From Callorhinchus milii (Eukaryota): 64,000 nt of DNA. The stretch spans positions 123,382,001 to 123,446,000 of the forward strand of contig NW_024704742.1 of NCBI RefSeq assembly GCF_018977255.1, given 5' to 3'. This document shows, piece by piece, positions 37,601-52,000 of the stretch (position 1 is its first letter; each line of letters opens with the position of its first letter). Under the pieces are notes generated by a model. It did no database searches, was not told the DNA's origin, and saw only the letters and a program-made list of their open reading frames with translations. Position numbers and translations under genes: made by a program.

Positions 37601-40030
37601 CACAATGACTCCCTAGCCATGAGGTTAAGCACACTCCGCAACTGCTGCTTTCAATGGTTTTCAAGAGTCCAGGATATCTCCCATTCCTAATTTTCCCTCT
37701 CTCTCCACAGAGAAGCACAGCCTAGCTCCATGGCACAAGGCAAAAACTAGAACATCACTTGTGGGCAAATGTACATTGAGCCTGTATCCCGGTGCACCTC
37801 TGCGCAAATATGTTGGTACAACACAATCCAGTGTATATATTGCCCTGTCAAGCTTGGTATGTGGAACAGAAAAATGCATTGAAGACAAGTACCACAGTAA
37901 TAAAATTCTCCCTCTTATCAGAGTAGTTTTATTGTCACGTGTACAACTGGATGAATGCAGTGTAGCTTATTGAGAAATAACTGTTGAGATATTAATATCT
38001 ACAGTTTTACTTACCGAACAAAATTGTATTGAAGAATATTGTTGAGCTGTTTTTGCCACCCTTCACTGTAGATGCCATTACGAGCACTGTGTACATAGTA
38101 TTTTTCTGCAGAGATCTCAGAGTATATTCCCGAAAACTTGAGTTCACTGTTACAGCTGGAAGGCAGTAGAATTGCATTTAGAAAGAGAGGAAACAGATTT
38201 GCTAGTCACTCTGCTTTTTAACCCCAATTTATAAGCTTCAGACACTGAAATGGACACTTAGGTGAGGTAGTGGAGGTGACTGTGGAAATAACCTCAGCAA
38301 ATGTCAGGGCCGCAGGAGAGGGAAAAACATTTTAATATAATAATGATGATAACAATAATAATAATAATAGCATCCCATATGCATATAGAAGTGCCTCATA
38401 AAAACATAAAGTGAATGACCAAATGTCCTATACATCGAGAGAAATTTGCTTCTCTGTTTGAATACTGTCACGAGATCTTCAATGTTTACCTTAGTCCAGT
38501 GGTGACCAACACATGGCCCACGGGCCGGAAGTGGCCCATGGGGCCATTAAGAAATAGCCCGCCAAACATTTGCACTAGTCTACGTTAGTCGGATTGAGTT
38601 CAATGTTTTGTTTCTAGTTTTTTTCTTGATTGGATATTTCTTGATTTTTGGTATAAATATTCAATTAAGACAATTTATTTTGTTTATTTATTTTGATCAA
38701 AACTGTGGGCCACCACTGCCTTAGACAAACCAGCACTCCATTGGGGATTTAATTCTGTGTTACCAGTGGCTCCTTTCATTTTGGCAAATGATATATGGAT
38801 CAATGTAATCTGCAACAAATTTGTTTCAGTAACACTGAGCAGGATATTCCTATGGAAGGTACTGCTCAACTATCTCCCTGTGATGCACACTCCATGTGAG
38901 TACTAAGAACACTAGCATCTGTAGTCAGTCACAGCACTGACACACATCTGTCACCTCATATTAGTTTTATTAATCCATCACAAAACACATGCCCTCTCAT
39001 TAACTGGATGCAATGATATGGTGCTTAACAATAACTTACAGTTTTCACTGTTATTGGATTTGTAAAAGATGGTGTAATTGGTGATGAATCCAAACTGACT
39101 GTCCAATGGGATTTCATCCCACTTGATTGTAGCTTCTTTTGCCTTCACATTCTGAAAGCGAACATGTGGACCTTCCTTTGGAGCTGAAACAAAAGTTCTA
39201 GTTTAATGTGCTGAAGATAATTTGTATTGTTATTGTATGGAGACCATTAACATGCGGGGGAGGGGTCTAAAATTTCCCCTGGGTGGAGAATGACTATTTA
39301 TGTAGCATTTTAGAGCATTCAGAATTTGGAAAAATTGTTGAATTCAGTCTTAACTTTGAGGCTAGTTTTATGTAGATCTTAAAAGATCTGTAGTTTTTAG
39401 AAGAAACGCAGCTTCAACAGAATTTACAGAAATGCAGCTTCAAAATTAAGCTTGTTATGTAAGAATTATTATTATCTGATATTATACTTAAACAGAGTAA
39501 ATCTAGACCAAGTTGGATGAAATGCTCTGAAACTCTAGCCCATATGAATTACTGTTGTTGAATTTTACCTCAAATTATTTTTTTCAAACATGCTAGTTTT
39601 TCAGAATAACTATTGTATCAGTGTCATAGATCAATTACTTAGCAGCGCAGAGTGAGGTGGTAAAACAGATCATTTAACAGTGGAAAATGATTAGCAGTGG
39701 AAATTGCTCCTCACTGAAATGATATTTCTTAATACACTAATTTCCACACTATTAATTCACAGGTACACACAGACAAACATTAATGCAAGAGTGCTCGACT
39801 GACAATTCTGAGAATTGCTGCACACTGCAAGTCATTAAACCCTGGTAAAAGTTAATTGAACAAATATCAACAGCTCCTTGATGGATTGCTGAATCCTTAG
39901 AACAAACGCATACACATACATACACACAAGTATTCATGAATTAAGACATTATTAACTTCATCTAGATACTGAAGTGAATGTTTCCTTTAAATTTTGTTTT
40001 ATAGATAATATTAAAGTATGCCACAGGATG

Positions 40031-40085
<55 letters not shown>

Positions 40086-43000
40086 CCTTGCATTTGATAT
40101 AGCACTTTTTACGTGTTCTAGATGTCTCAAAGCGCTTCACAGAATAGACTGTAAAGTGAATTGACAGTATTTTCTGTGGGCAAAATGCAGCAGCCAATTG
40201 CGCACAACAGTGTTCCACAAACAGACATGGTTTGAAGTGACCAATTTATTATTTTTTTTTTTCTTGTGCGATTATTGTCAGGCATGTGGAGTAAGGAAAC
40301 TTGCCCAAGGTTTCTCCCTGCTGGGAATCAAATCCAGGTCTCTCGCTTGCAAAGCTACAGGACTCCATATATCACACTATTGTATGTTTTTGATATTATA
40401 TCTTTTTGTTAGGATAAGGTGAGTTTTTCAGGTATACAGTAAATAAGAATGTATCTAGTGTATGGTGTAACACTTGAAGCTTGTTTTGATCATGATTTTC
40501 AGAACAAGATCACTGCAGTTCAAATAACAAATTAACAGGAAAAAATGTTTTGGGATTCTTAAAGTTTTTTTTCATTCAGCAAAAAAAACAAATTACCAAT
40601 CTAACCCTAATCCTAACCCGATATGTTAGGTTGTTTAGGAAAGAAGGAAATTTTGCCCACAAAATATACAGTCAATTCACTTTACAGTATATTCTGTGAA
40701 GCGCTTTGAGACATCTCAAAGATGTGATAAGGCTCTATATCAAATGCAAGGATTATTATTATTATATGAACAGGATAAAATTGTAAGTAGCCTGGATTTT
40801 CCACTATAGCTTTCAATTGAACCTGTTAATAATTCAACAAGCGCTGGGTAAGAGTATATAGTTTATTGCATTAGATGAAACATAAGGTTTAACAATCTGC
40901 AATTCCCTCACCCCTGTTCATATATATTGATACAGTAGAATCGATATCGATTCCACTAGGAAGTGTGCTGACCTTCTATACAACTCCAGCTATTTCAAAG
41001 TTACATCATTCTTCTATGTGTTTCAACTCCAACTCCCCTTGTCACAGAGATAGCCCCCACCCTTCGCAGGCTGATTTACAGAGAGAGAGATATGGACAAC
41101 ATCTGGGCAGCCTTGAGATGGGCAGGTGTCTGAGGCTGCAGACATTTCTTTCTGTGGTCCATTGCTCTTACAACTATACTCAAGGACCCGATTGCTCATT
41201 ATCTCAGAGGAGTGAACATCTTCCCAGGAAAATTTGAAATGTACTCAGAAGCTAACCTCAGCCCGTCCAGCAAAGCTACTTTTAACCATTTAATTATCAA
41301 ACCTTCTGGAACATTCAGTTGCTTTTTGAAACATACCAATATATCTTCATGTGATAGTCAAAATATTTCAACAGTCCCCACCTTGAGAGTGGGAAAATAA
41401 GATTTTCGATCTCTCATTTATCTATGATTTATTAAGATAGCTAACTGTAAATGGTCAGATTGCACCCTGGTAGCCCTTAATAAGAGCGCAAATAACATCA
41501 AGACACAATCAATGTAAATAAAGTGATGGCTTGGGCAATCACAAAAGCATAAGACATGAGTAATAAGATATAATCAGTCCAATTAATTAATCAGATTGAT
41601 ACAGCGGCTGTCATTAGGAATCGACTTGTTAACATGGTTCAATCAATGTTGATTGGAGAATATCTCTTCTTAAGATCGGTTAGACTTGTCTTCTTCATTC
41701 CCAAATTTAGACCTTTTTAGTCATGTACGCCAAGTGGGCAATGAGACCTTCAACTGTTTGTTTTTACCATTCATTGTAGGGTTAAACACATATCCTTCAA
41801 ATTCGGTACACTCCTTTTGTTCTTTGCAGTTTAATATACTGATATTACCAATGTCTTTGTGATACGCAGAATCAGTTCTATTTCAGCAAACAAGTTCCTG
41901 AGTCTTTGCGATATTCTTTTTGGTTCAACTTAAGACAAACCAGAAATCTGGGTTTGCAAAATATCCAGTCCCCACCTCGAGTGGGTCAAGTAGGCAGCAC
42001 AGGCCCACTATCACCATCAGCATCTTCACGATTCCCTTTTACCTCAGCCACCACATCAATCCCTTCAAATATTATTAGAATCTCTAATTACAGCACATCA
42101 TTAATGATAATATCATGAGTAACAAACAGTATGGCCACAGAAATTTGAAATATAATTTCAATGGGTGTTCCCTCTATCCTTGCCTGCTGGATTTGAGCAT
42201 TACTGAAATAAGACAAATCAGCTACACTGTAACCCTTATATAGATAAACTAGGCAACAGACAGAACGGTAAAACAGCAATAATTTACCTAACACACACAC
42301 AGAACTGAAAACAATTTTTCTCCAACCAGGTTAGTTTGCTAATTTAAACCTATGCTCCGACCAATGTTAACTTTGTCCAAGTTATCTTTGTGCAGTTTAC
42401 CCTATAGACTCCCAGTTTGATCAACTGATCACAATGACTCGGGATACACGCCCTCCTGGCTGGGAATGAAGCTACTTTTAACCGTATAACTATGGAACAT
42501 TCAATTGCTGTTTGAAATATACCAATGTATCCTGAGGTGATAGTCAATATTTCAACAAACCCAAAGTGACACAATTTGATCAGTATTAGTCAAGTGATTT
42601 TTCCTTGTCACTGCAATCCAAGTGTTCCAGGATGCTCCCCACATGAAAGGTGCTACATAAATGAAAGTTGTTGTTGTTGTATGGACATTCAGCCTCACAA
42701 GCTCTTTAAACTGCAAGAATCTATGGAATGCAACTTCTTGTTGTTGGAAAGTCCCTTTCTATTCCCCTGCTGATCAATTTTCTCTTCCAAGTATTGTTTT
42801 CTTATCCTCCCACTCATCTGGAGTCTGACTCTTTTTTCTTTCCACTGCAGTATGAGCACTGGGGTCCATGTAGACCTCACTGGAATGACAGTTTTAGGAG
42901 TGCTGGCAGGCTGATGCTGCTGATAATTTTGCATTTGATTGCCTGATCATGTCAATGAGATGTATCAAAGCACTTCTATACTATACACACACAGGGAATT

Positions 43001-46000
43001 CTGATCAGAAGCAGGAATCCTGTCTGATTTGTGATGCCTAACTCTGAAGCCAAATCTAGGGCCTTATTCCCCACCCACCCCAACCCCATCTTCCCTGTCC
43101 CAATAATAGTTATCTCAGTGATGCCACAGCTTAGTTTAGCTAACTCTACACAGACCAGTGATAGAGCCTGTGATCATTCTGGCTGGTATGAAACAGATAC
43201 AGTATATGAATATGATATTCACTGAATAAGCTGATTGAGGGCTATGTGGAAACCTTTTTATAAGTGCACTGTGCTGCTGTTGTTGTGAATCATTGAAAAA
43301 GGTTCATCTTTCTACTTTAAAGGTTTGGAGGAACTCTACTTACGTTTTTGTTCTAGGTATGCCAATCCTGAAAATAGACGTCCAGGACCTTCATCATACA
43401 GCGCAAATAAAGTGATAATATAACATTTGAAGGGCATTATATCTCCTGTGGGAAAATTAAAAAACTTTATTAGATGAAGCAAAGAAGTTCTTCAATGTTC
43501 TCCAATGTTCTTTACTTTCCATCTGGAATCAAAATAAAGGCTTCCTATTAAAACAGTTTCTGATCCTAACCATGTAATATTTTGAATGTACACAGTGCAA
43601 TGCCACCAGCTTATTGACCATTGACCCAAACATTGCTAGTTATAATAGCGGAGCATCCATAATAAAGTCCGAGCGTTTGCCCTATCACATTAAAGCATCA
43701 CAAACTCCCTCACAATAACATTATTTTAAAACTGTTGTGACTGTTGTCTAGAAATAATAATCCTTGCATTTGGTATACTATCTGTCACATAAAGAGGATA
43801 TGCCAAAGCACTTCACATGATTTAGTGCAAGATGTAGTGACTGCATATTTTGTCAGTGAATGTGATAGCTAATTTGCAACAGCATTGTCCTTCAAACAAC
43901 CATGATGTGAAAGATGATGTGTTTTTCTGGGGACTTGTTGACTACACTAATCATAACCAGCAAAGACTTTTATTTAGGAACTCAACTTTAAATCCCACTA
44001 AGCACAAACATTTATTATTTTTGCTGTTTGGTAAAGGCTAAGCATTAGAATTAAAAATATGTCTCTTTCTCTATCTTGCTGCAGAGTGACTGAGTCAAGA
44101 TCACCCAGAAGACTTGCTCTATCAGAATATGATGACAGCTATCAGCTGTGTGTTTACTTCACCCTTTGTCTTTCTCTACAACTAAGAAGGTACAAAGAGG
44201 ATATAAAACACTGAAATGTTAAGTGATAAAGAATATCTACGAGCAGGGATTTTAGATATTTTACATACAATTAATTACTCCTATAAGTTACTTCTCTATT
44301 TTTATGATCAGTGCATATGGCAAAACAAAATCCTTATAATCTAAAATTCTTAGGTTTAAGAATATTGTCCTCAAATTTAAGATCAAATGGTGCTAAATTG
44401 GGCCTTTATTTGAAATCCAATCTTTTTCAGTAGTGCAGAGATCAGTTTCAAAACTAAGACTGTCTTCCAACCTGTCTTATATTTTACGAGAGTAATCTTA
44501 ATCCCAAAACGTGAGAAACTTCAGACCCCTGTAGTAAATATTGTATACACAGAGAGTATTTCTTTAATGTTCAGAATAAAGCACGTTCTCTGGAATAATT
44601 ACTCACTCTGTATGAAAGCTGTCTCAGATGAGTTACGCTCATGTTGCCAATGTAGCATTCCAGAACACAGTTTTGTATCCAGAGCCAAACACCATTCAAT
44701 CACAAATCCATTACCGGGCCGTTTTGGGTTCTTCCACTCTAACAGGAACTGATCATTCTGAGGTATAATTCGGACATGCTGGACAGGTGGAGGATCTTAT
44801 TCAAAGAGAAAGCACACACATCTTTTATTAACAATAAATAATTCATAATGACGTACTCTAAGTGCGCCTAAAAGCAAAATATTGTCTATTGTAACCCTGT
44901 TTATTTAATCAATGCAAAGCTTTATATTTTTGCCTTAGTATTTACATGAGTTGTTGAGCATAGTATACAAGTGATTCCAGTTCCTGTTTCTGAATTTATA
45001 TTTGACTAAACAGAATAGGATGGTCTTTTCTGACTGCACCTTCTGGTTAGTTCCATTGATGGCTGCATCCTCAAAGCCAACGTTACTGAGATGATGTTAC
45101 TGTGGTATGGATAATACTGTGCCAGTGGTTTTGTGATATACTATATTAGGGCACTGAACCATGGACTGTGAATTCTGGATTAAAATCTTATTTTAGATTT
45201 GAGCTTTATCCAATCAGCTGCAAGGAACAGCACAAAGTGTCGGGTACTCATGATGGCAGTATACATCGAATGGAACTTCTACTCCACACGTTGCATCTTA
45301 AAAAAAACAATGCTCATTGAGCTCAGAGCAGCAATGATGAAGGCTCTGAAGAAGTCAATAGTTAACCATCTATCATCTCAGCTTGCGATGTTGAGCAAAG
45401 CACAGTTTGCTGGGGAGATAGCAAGGGGTAAACTGGCCAGTGGGAGTGTTATGAGAATATTATAAGAATATGTGATTATGCTGGATTGTATTTCTTCAAT
45501 TATAATCAAAGGCCCTGGGGTGTTAAAGGTTAATCATATTTGTACTAACTAGACTCAGACAAAGAACTAAACCTATGTCATGATAGTGAAACTTTGTGAT
45601 TGAGTTGTTGCAAACTTTAACAAAGTTTAAAATAGTTACGCTGGAAAATCTAGATGGCAAAATCGGTAACCTGTGTTTGTGCATTGCCATATAAGGAAAC
45701 ACAATGTATGGCTAAGGACATGTAGTTAAAAATAGTAAATAACAAGGGTATAAAGGTAAGCTAGGAATAGGCACTTGTGCATAGACCGGCAGAACCTGTG
45801 CGCCTGGCGTTTCACCTTCTCCTAGGAAGATATTGAGAAGAGACGGATCGTATATGTTTCATATTTACGAAGTTTAGTATAGAAGTTGATACGTAATGTG
45901 CATCCATGCTTGAGAAATATATAAAGAAAGAATAAATGTTTAACATTGATTTGTGTTGTCTCTGACTCCCTCTGTTACTGAGTCTCACCAAACATCACAA

Positions 46001-49000
46001 TTTAAATTGGATTTAGTTGAACAGTCAACCATTGTCCTAAACAAAATTAATAACACAACAGCAGGAGGAACTGAGTTGACAGTGAAAGGTTCAACATTTA
46101 TAAAAGGGCAGATTAAAGATACTGAAACTTATCTTATTAAACATTTCTAGTTGACATCTTTGTCACAGTGAGACATACCTGTTTGGTTGACCGCTGGAAT
46201 TATCAAGGTTGAATTAGGAGAGTCACCAGCTGAGTTGTAAGCAATCACTGTTATAATATGGACTTCATGGGTCAGAAGGAAAGAATAATTCAAGGAGGTG
46301 TTGTAATCTTCTTGAATCACTGGTTCCCCGTTTTGTTTCTCAATCCATATTTTGTATCCTAGAATGATTCCATTAGCTTCGGACTTGTCCAGTGCCTGCA
46401 TCATAATAGCGGTCACATTGAAAACACAATTTTTATTATTTTCTATGTTTAAAACAAACAAGCCTTGAAGTAATAAAAGCTACTGGAAAGTCAAGATGAA
46501 CAATGTGTCCCCAATTAGGGTGACTGGAATTGTACTGAGCAATTGTCTGCGTTAAAACATTCAGGAGAAGACAGCAAAAGCTCTTTTGAAAACACAACAC
46601 TCTTTAACGTGGAACTAAAAAGTGGGGAATGGGAATGCAAACACGTCCAGTGTTTTGTTGTATTAGTGCCATGCAGCGTTAGGGTGCAGGTTGTCCTTTG
46701 CATTTAATTTGTAGGAGTTCTCAGATTCAAAATTTTTGACATTATAAATGCTATATCAAAATCAAGAACTAAAATGATTATGATACCACCATCAAATAAA
46801 TGTGAGGCAATTCTCCAGTAAGCAAGAGGTAAACATTAAAGTCTAAACTGAGCTGTATCATCACACTGGCGGGTGTTAGCAGAGCTTCAAGAGCATCTAC
46901 TGACCTTACATAGAAAATGGTAGGTGATGTGATATGCATTCAGAAGGGAGAAAACATCATAATTATAATAACCCATACATTTGGTTAGTGCCTTTCATGT
47001 CGGGATGGTGTCCCAAATCACTTCAGGACATACTATGTAATGTGTGAAGTGTTGTGTGCGTGCACTTTGTGGACAAACGCGGCAGCTAAATTTGCACACA
47101 ACCATGTTTCACAAATAGCCATGGAATGAGTGACCAATTTTATTTGGAGGATTGCTGGTTGGGACACCATGACAAACTCCCTTCTCTTTTTGAATGTTTT
47201 TTTTGGGATCTTTAAAATCCACTTAAACAGGGAGATGGGAACTGGTTTAATATCTCATCTGAAGACAGGCACCCCAACAATGCAGCACACCCCAGCACTG
47301 CATTGGAGTGTCAGGTTAGACTATATAAGGTCCAAATCCTGATGTGGGCCTTGAACCCACAAACCTCTGACTCAAGAGGCGAAAATGCTACCGCTGAGCC
47401 AGGCTGCCACACACCTTACAAAGAAGCCGAATGCTTCTTATTATAATAATAATAATAATCCTTGCATTTGATATAGCGCTTTTCACGTCGGGAGGATGTC
47501 CCAAAGCGCTTCACAGAACACACTGTAAAGTGAATTGACTGTATATTTGTGGGCGAACGCGGCAGCCAATTACGCACAGCAATGTCCCACAAACAGTCGT
47601 AGATTGAAAATGACCAATTTAATTATTGTTTTGGTTTTTGGAGGGATTATTATTAGGCGTGTGGAGTAAGGAAACTTGCCCAAGGTTTCGCCCTCTGCCT
47701 GGAATTGAACTCAGGTCTCTCACTTGCAAAGCGAGTGCTCTAACCACTGAGCTACAGGACTCCACAAATGTGTGGAGTCCTGTAGCTCAAATATTCTCAA
47801 ATGTGTGCAAAATTTACAATTGTCCAAATTTGCTGAAGCATGTCAAGCTAACTGTCAAAAGAAGGTACTTAACATTTTGTACTTTCAACACTGGAGGCAA
47901 ATTACCTTCAACAATAGATGCACATTTCGTTTTCCCTGAGAAGAGGAATCCTGAATTTGTCTCCAAATATCTGGGCCTTTTGATGGGTCTAAAAACAGAA
48001 GGAAAGAGGTAAAGAGGACAGGAAACACCAAAAATTCTCTTGAATATACCTTTTAGCATCCTTTCCTTTACTAAATCGTTTGCAAATGAGGAAGGGTGCT
48101 AACCTATTGTAGATACTTAGAACTGATAAATCAAGGTTTTATCTGTTTATCAGAAAGTATTAAAAGTGTGACTGTTTTCCAGCTTGAATTTGGAATCTGC
48201 TTACCTGTCATCAATTTTTGATAACGTTTTGTAAATATACAGAGGGGAAGAAAAAAACATTTTTAATTCAAAATCTTAGAACAACAACTTGCATTTATGG
48301 TGCCCATCATGTAGGGTAGCTTCTCGGAGCATTAAACTGTTACATTTCATGTGAAACATAGAAATGGTGAAGGATATTCTTAAGATAAGGCATGGTTCAT
48401 TGGCAAATTCACAACCACTCACCTTTTTCTTGGATACACTCAGCCCCTTTGCCAAGATTTTGTTGGGGTTATGATGTTAATGTGTAATCATATTACAGAT
48501 TCCATCTCAAATGGAAAGACTGAAGTCTTCAGTTTAGTATGCACAGAGCTAAAGAGGGCGAGCAAAAGGGAAGAATGGAAATTAGGGAAAGGTTTAGTGC
48601 AGAAGAGAGAAAAATGTTTCCTGTATAATATAAAGCCATGGCATGCACACAAGTGCATGCAATGGCTTTATATTGTACATGAGAAGGAGAACCATCAAGA
48701 TATAGTGTCAGATAGAAAAATGCAGTTATAGCAGTAGAAAGTTTGGTCAGCCAAGCCTGGTTATTGGCAATATTGCCAATATGCACAAATTATTTTCCTG
48801 TACCATTGTTTGCAAATTCCAGCTATGATCTTGAAGCTTCCATAATAATAATCCTTGCATTTGATATAGCGCCTGATCACATCTTCAAGATGTCTCAAAG
48901 TGCTTCACAGAATATACTATAAAGTGAATTCACTGTGTATTTTGTGGACGAAACGTAGCAGCCAATTGCGTACAATGGTGTCCCACAAACAGTCGTGGAT

Positions 49001-52000
49001 TGAGAGCCCCAATTATTTTTTTTTGAAGGAATTATTAACCCCAGAAAATTATTCCGACAATCAAATAACAACGGATTCCTACTTTCTGCTAGGTAAATAG
49101 CATGTGGAGTAAGGAAACTTGCCTAACATTTCACCCTATCTGGGAATCAAACCCAGGTCCTCTCCCTTATGAGGCAAGTGCTCTAACCAATACCACAGGA
49201 CTCCACAAATTGCAGGACGCACAAGAACCGTCCTCCTGTAAACATTCTGTGAATTTATACATTGTTGAAAGTCTCAGTACGTACTGGCTCCAGAAGCTGT
49301 TCCCGTTTCCTCTGAACTCCACTCACTCCAGTAGAATTGTCTTTTACTGCCAATGCAGCGGACAGTAACTGTATAGTTGCTCAAGGGTTTGAGATTCTTA
49401 AGCATTAATGAAGTCCCTGATGAATTTCCATCTACTGCTACCTAAAAGAAATGTAATGGTATGTATCATTACTGCACATTATACAAATAATTATCAATAG
49501 CAACTTGACAGCGACATTTGTAATATAACTGCTTTTACAATTGGTTTCCACGTTATGATTGAAACAGTAATTGATTTGTTGTTATACACACGGGATAAAA
49601 TTCCACATGTTTGCAGATGACGCACAAATCTACTTTGCCTCCTCCAGTACTAATTTCAGGTCCACCATTGTTCTATCAGCTTGCCTGGCAGACATTGGGG
49701 CCTGGATGAGTGTAAACTTCCTGCAGCTGAATGTGGAGAAGACAGAAGCCATACTCTGGTTCCCATCAATGTCTTCACGCCTGCAGATCTAAACCCCTCA
49801 ACCTCACCGAACCAGTGAGTTCGACCCCCAGCTGTCCTTCCTCCCCCCACTTTCGGTCCGTAATCAGGACCGCCTTCTTCCACCTCCGCTACATTCCCCG
49901 CCTCAGACCTTACCCCAAATGCAGCTGAAATCTCCCACCTGGATTACTCCAACGCACTCCTCGCCGGGCTCCTCAGCTCCATCAATCATAAGATCCAGCT
50001 CAATCAGAACTCTGCTGCCCACATACTGACCCAGACTAAACTCTGTACCCACATCTCACCAGCTCTGGCCAGGCTCCACTGGCTCCCCATCACCAAACGG
50101 ATCGACTTCAAGATCCTCACACTCGTGTTCAATCCATTCACTCCCTGGCACCCCTCTACCTCGCCAACCTCCTCACTCCCCAATCCACCACCTGGCGCCT
50201 CCGCTCGACTGGCACCGGCCTGCTCCTGCTCGTCCCTCACACCCTCCGCTTGACCATTGGAAGTCGTGCATTCAGCCACTGCACCCCGAAACTCTGGAAC
50301 ACTCTCCCTCAATCCCCCCCTTGCCCCATCTCTCCCCTTTTTCAAGTCTTTCCTCTTCGACCATGCTTACGGCTACCTCCCCCTTGTGGTACGATCCCTA
50401 ATGTACATCTTCTTATCCATTGTTGCCTCAACATCAAACCATTGTAGAATAATTTGCTCTGTTTACTGTTCCATAATAATAGTTACAGTCTTTTTAAGAT
50501 CAAAGCTAAAGAGCTGATTCTGTTAAATTTTACTCTCATGCTTAAAGTTCCCGCTTTCATGAATACAACAAAATAGATGCAACGTGGCTCAGTTGGCAGC
50601 ACTCTCCCTTCTGAACCAGAAGATTGGTGGAGTGGAGGGGGGATTTTAAGCTCCATATGAGTACTTGAGCTCACAGTATAGGCTGACAATCTAGTGCAGT
50701 ATTGAGGACAAGCTGGATTGCCAAAGGTTCTGTCCTTCAGAATAAGACATTAAGCTGAGGTCCCTTCTGCCTGTCCTCAGGTGAATGTTAAAGTTTCCAT
50801 CACATAATTTAAAAAGGAAAGGTGTTTCTCCCCTGACTAACAATCCTTCGGATGAATTGACAATTACCCAATGGATGTGTTAATACTACCAATACTACTT
50901 ACTACTACTATCACTAGGACTAGTAGTAGTAGTAGTAAGTAATAGTAGTAGCTACACAAGATTAGGGCACATGGAATTAACGGCAATATAATAGCATGGA
51001 TCGAAGAGTGGCTAACGGGAAGAAAACAGAGAGTAAGGATAAACAGGTCCTTCTCAGATTGGCAGGATGTGACTAGTGGAGTGCCACAAGGATCAGTGCT
51101 TGGGCCTCAACTATTTACAATCTATATCAATGATCTGGAAGAAGGCATAGAACTTAAAATATCTAAATTTGCGGATGATACTAAGCTAGGTGAGAGCGTA
51201 AGCTCTGAGGATGACACAAAAAGATTGCAAAGGGATATATATAGGCTAGGTGAGTGGGCAAGAAGGTGGCAGATGGAATATAATGTGGGGAAGTGTGAAG
51301 TTATTCCCCTAGGTAGTAAAAACAGAAAAGCAGATTATTTTCTAAAGGGGGAGAGACCAGATAATGTTAGTGTTCAGAGGGATTTGGGTGTCCTTGTACA
51401 CCAGTCACAAAAAGTTAGTATACAGGTACAGCAAGCAACTAGGAAGGCTAATGCCATGTTGGCTTTTATTGCAAAAGGGTTAGAATACAAGAGTAGGGAA
51501 GTCTTGCTACAGCGGTATAGGGCCTTGGTGAGACCGCACCTAGAATATTGTGTGCAGTTTTGGTCTCCTTATTTAACAAAGGATATGCTCGCCTTAGAGG
51601 GGGTGCAGTGTAGATTCACTAGGTTAGTTCATGGGATGAGGGGGTTGACCTGTGAGGATAGGTTGAGTAAACTAGGCCAATATTCTCTAGAATATGGAAG
51701 AATTAAGGGTGATCTTACAGAAACATATAAGATTCTCATGGGGCTTGACAGAGAAGACAGTGTGAGACTATTTCCCCTGGTAGGAGAATCTCGAATTAGG
51801 GGTCACAGTTTTAAGATTAAGGATCAGTCCTTTCAACCAGAGTTGAGGAAACATTTCTTCACTCAGAGGGTAGTGAATTTATGAAATGCTCTACCCCATA
51901 AGGCTGTAGATGCTCAGACCTGGAACATATTCAAGACTGAGATTGATAGATTTCTAAAGGATAAAGGGATTAAGGGATATGGGGAGAAGGCGGGCAGATG

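Noticed and set aside
39958..40218. ORFs with poly-Tyr, poly-Ile or poly-Asn runs (also at 58457, 58728, 13732)
   Set aside because: Translations of SINE (TTA)n tails.
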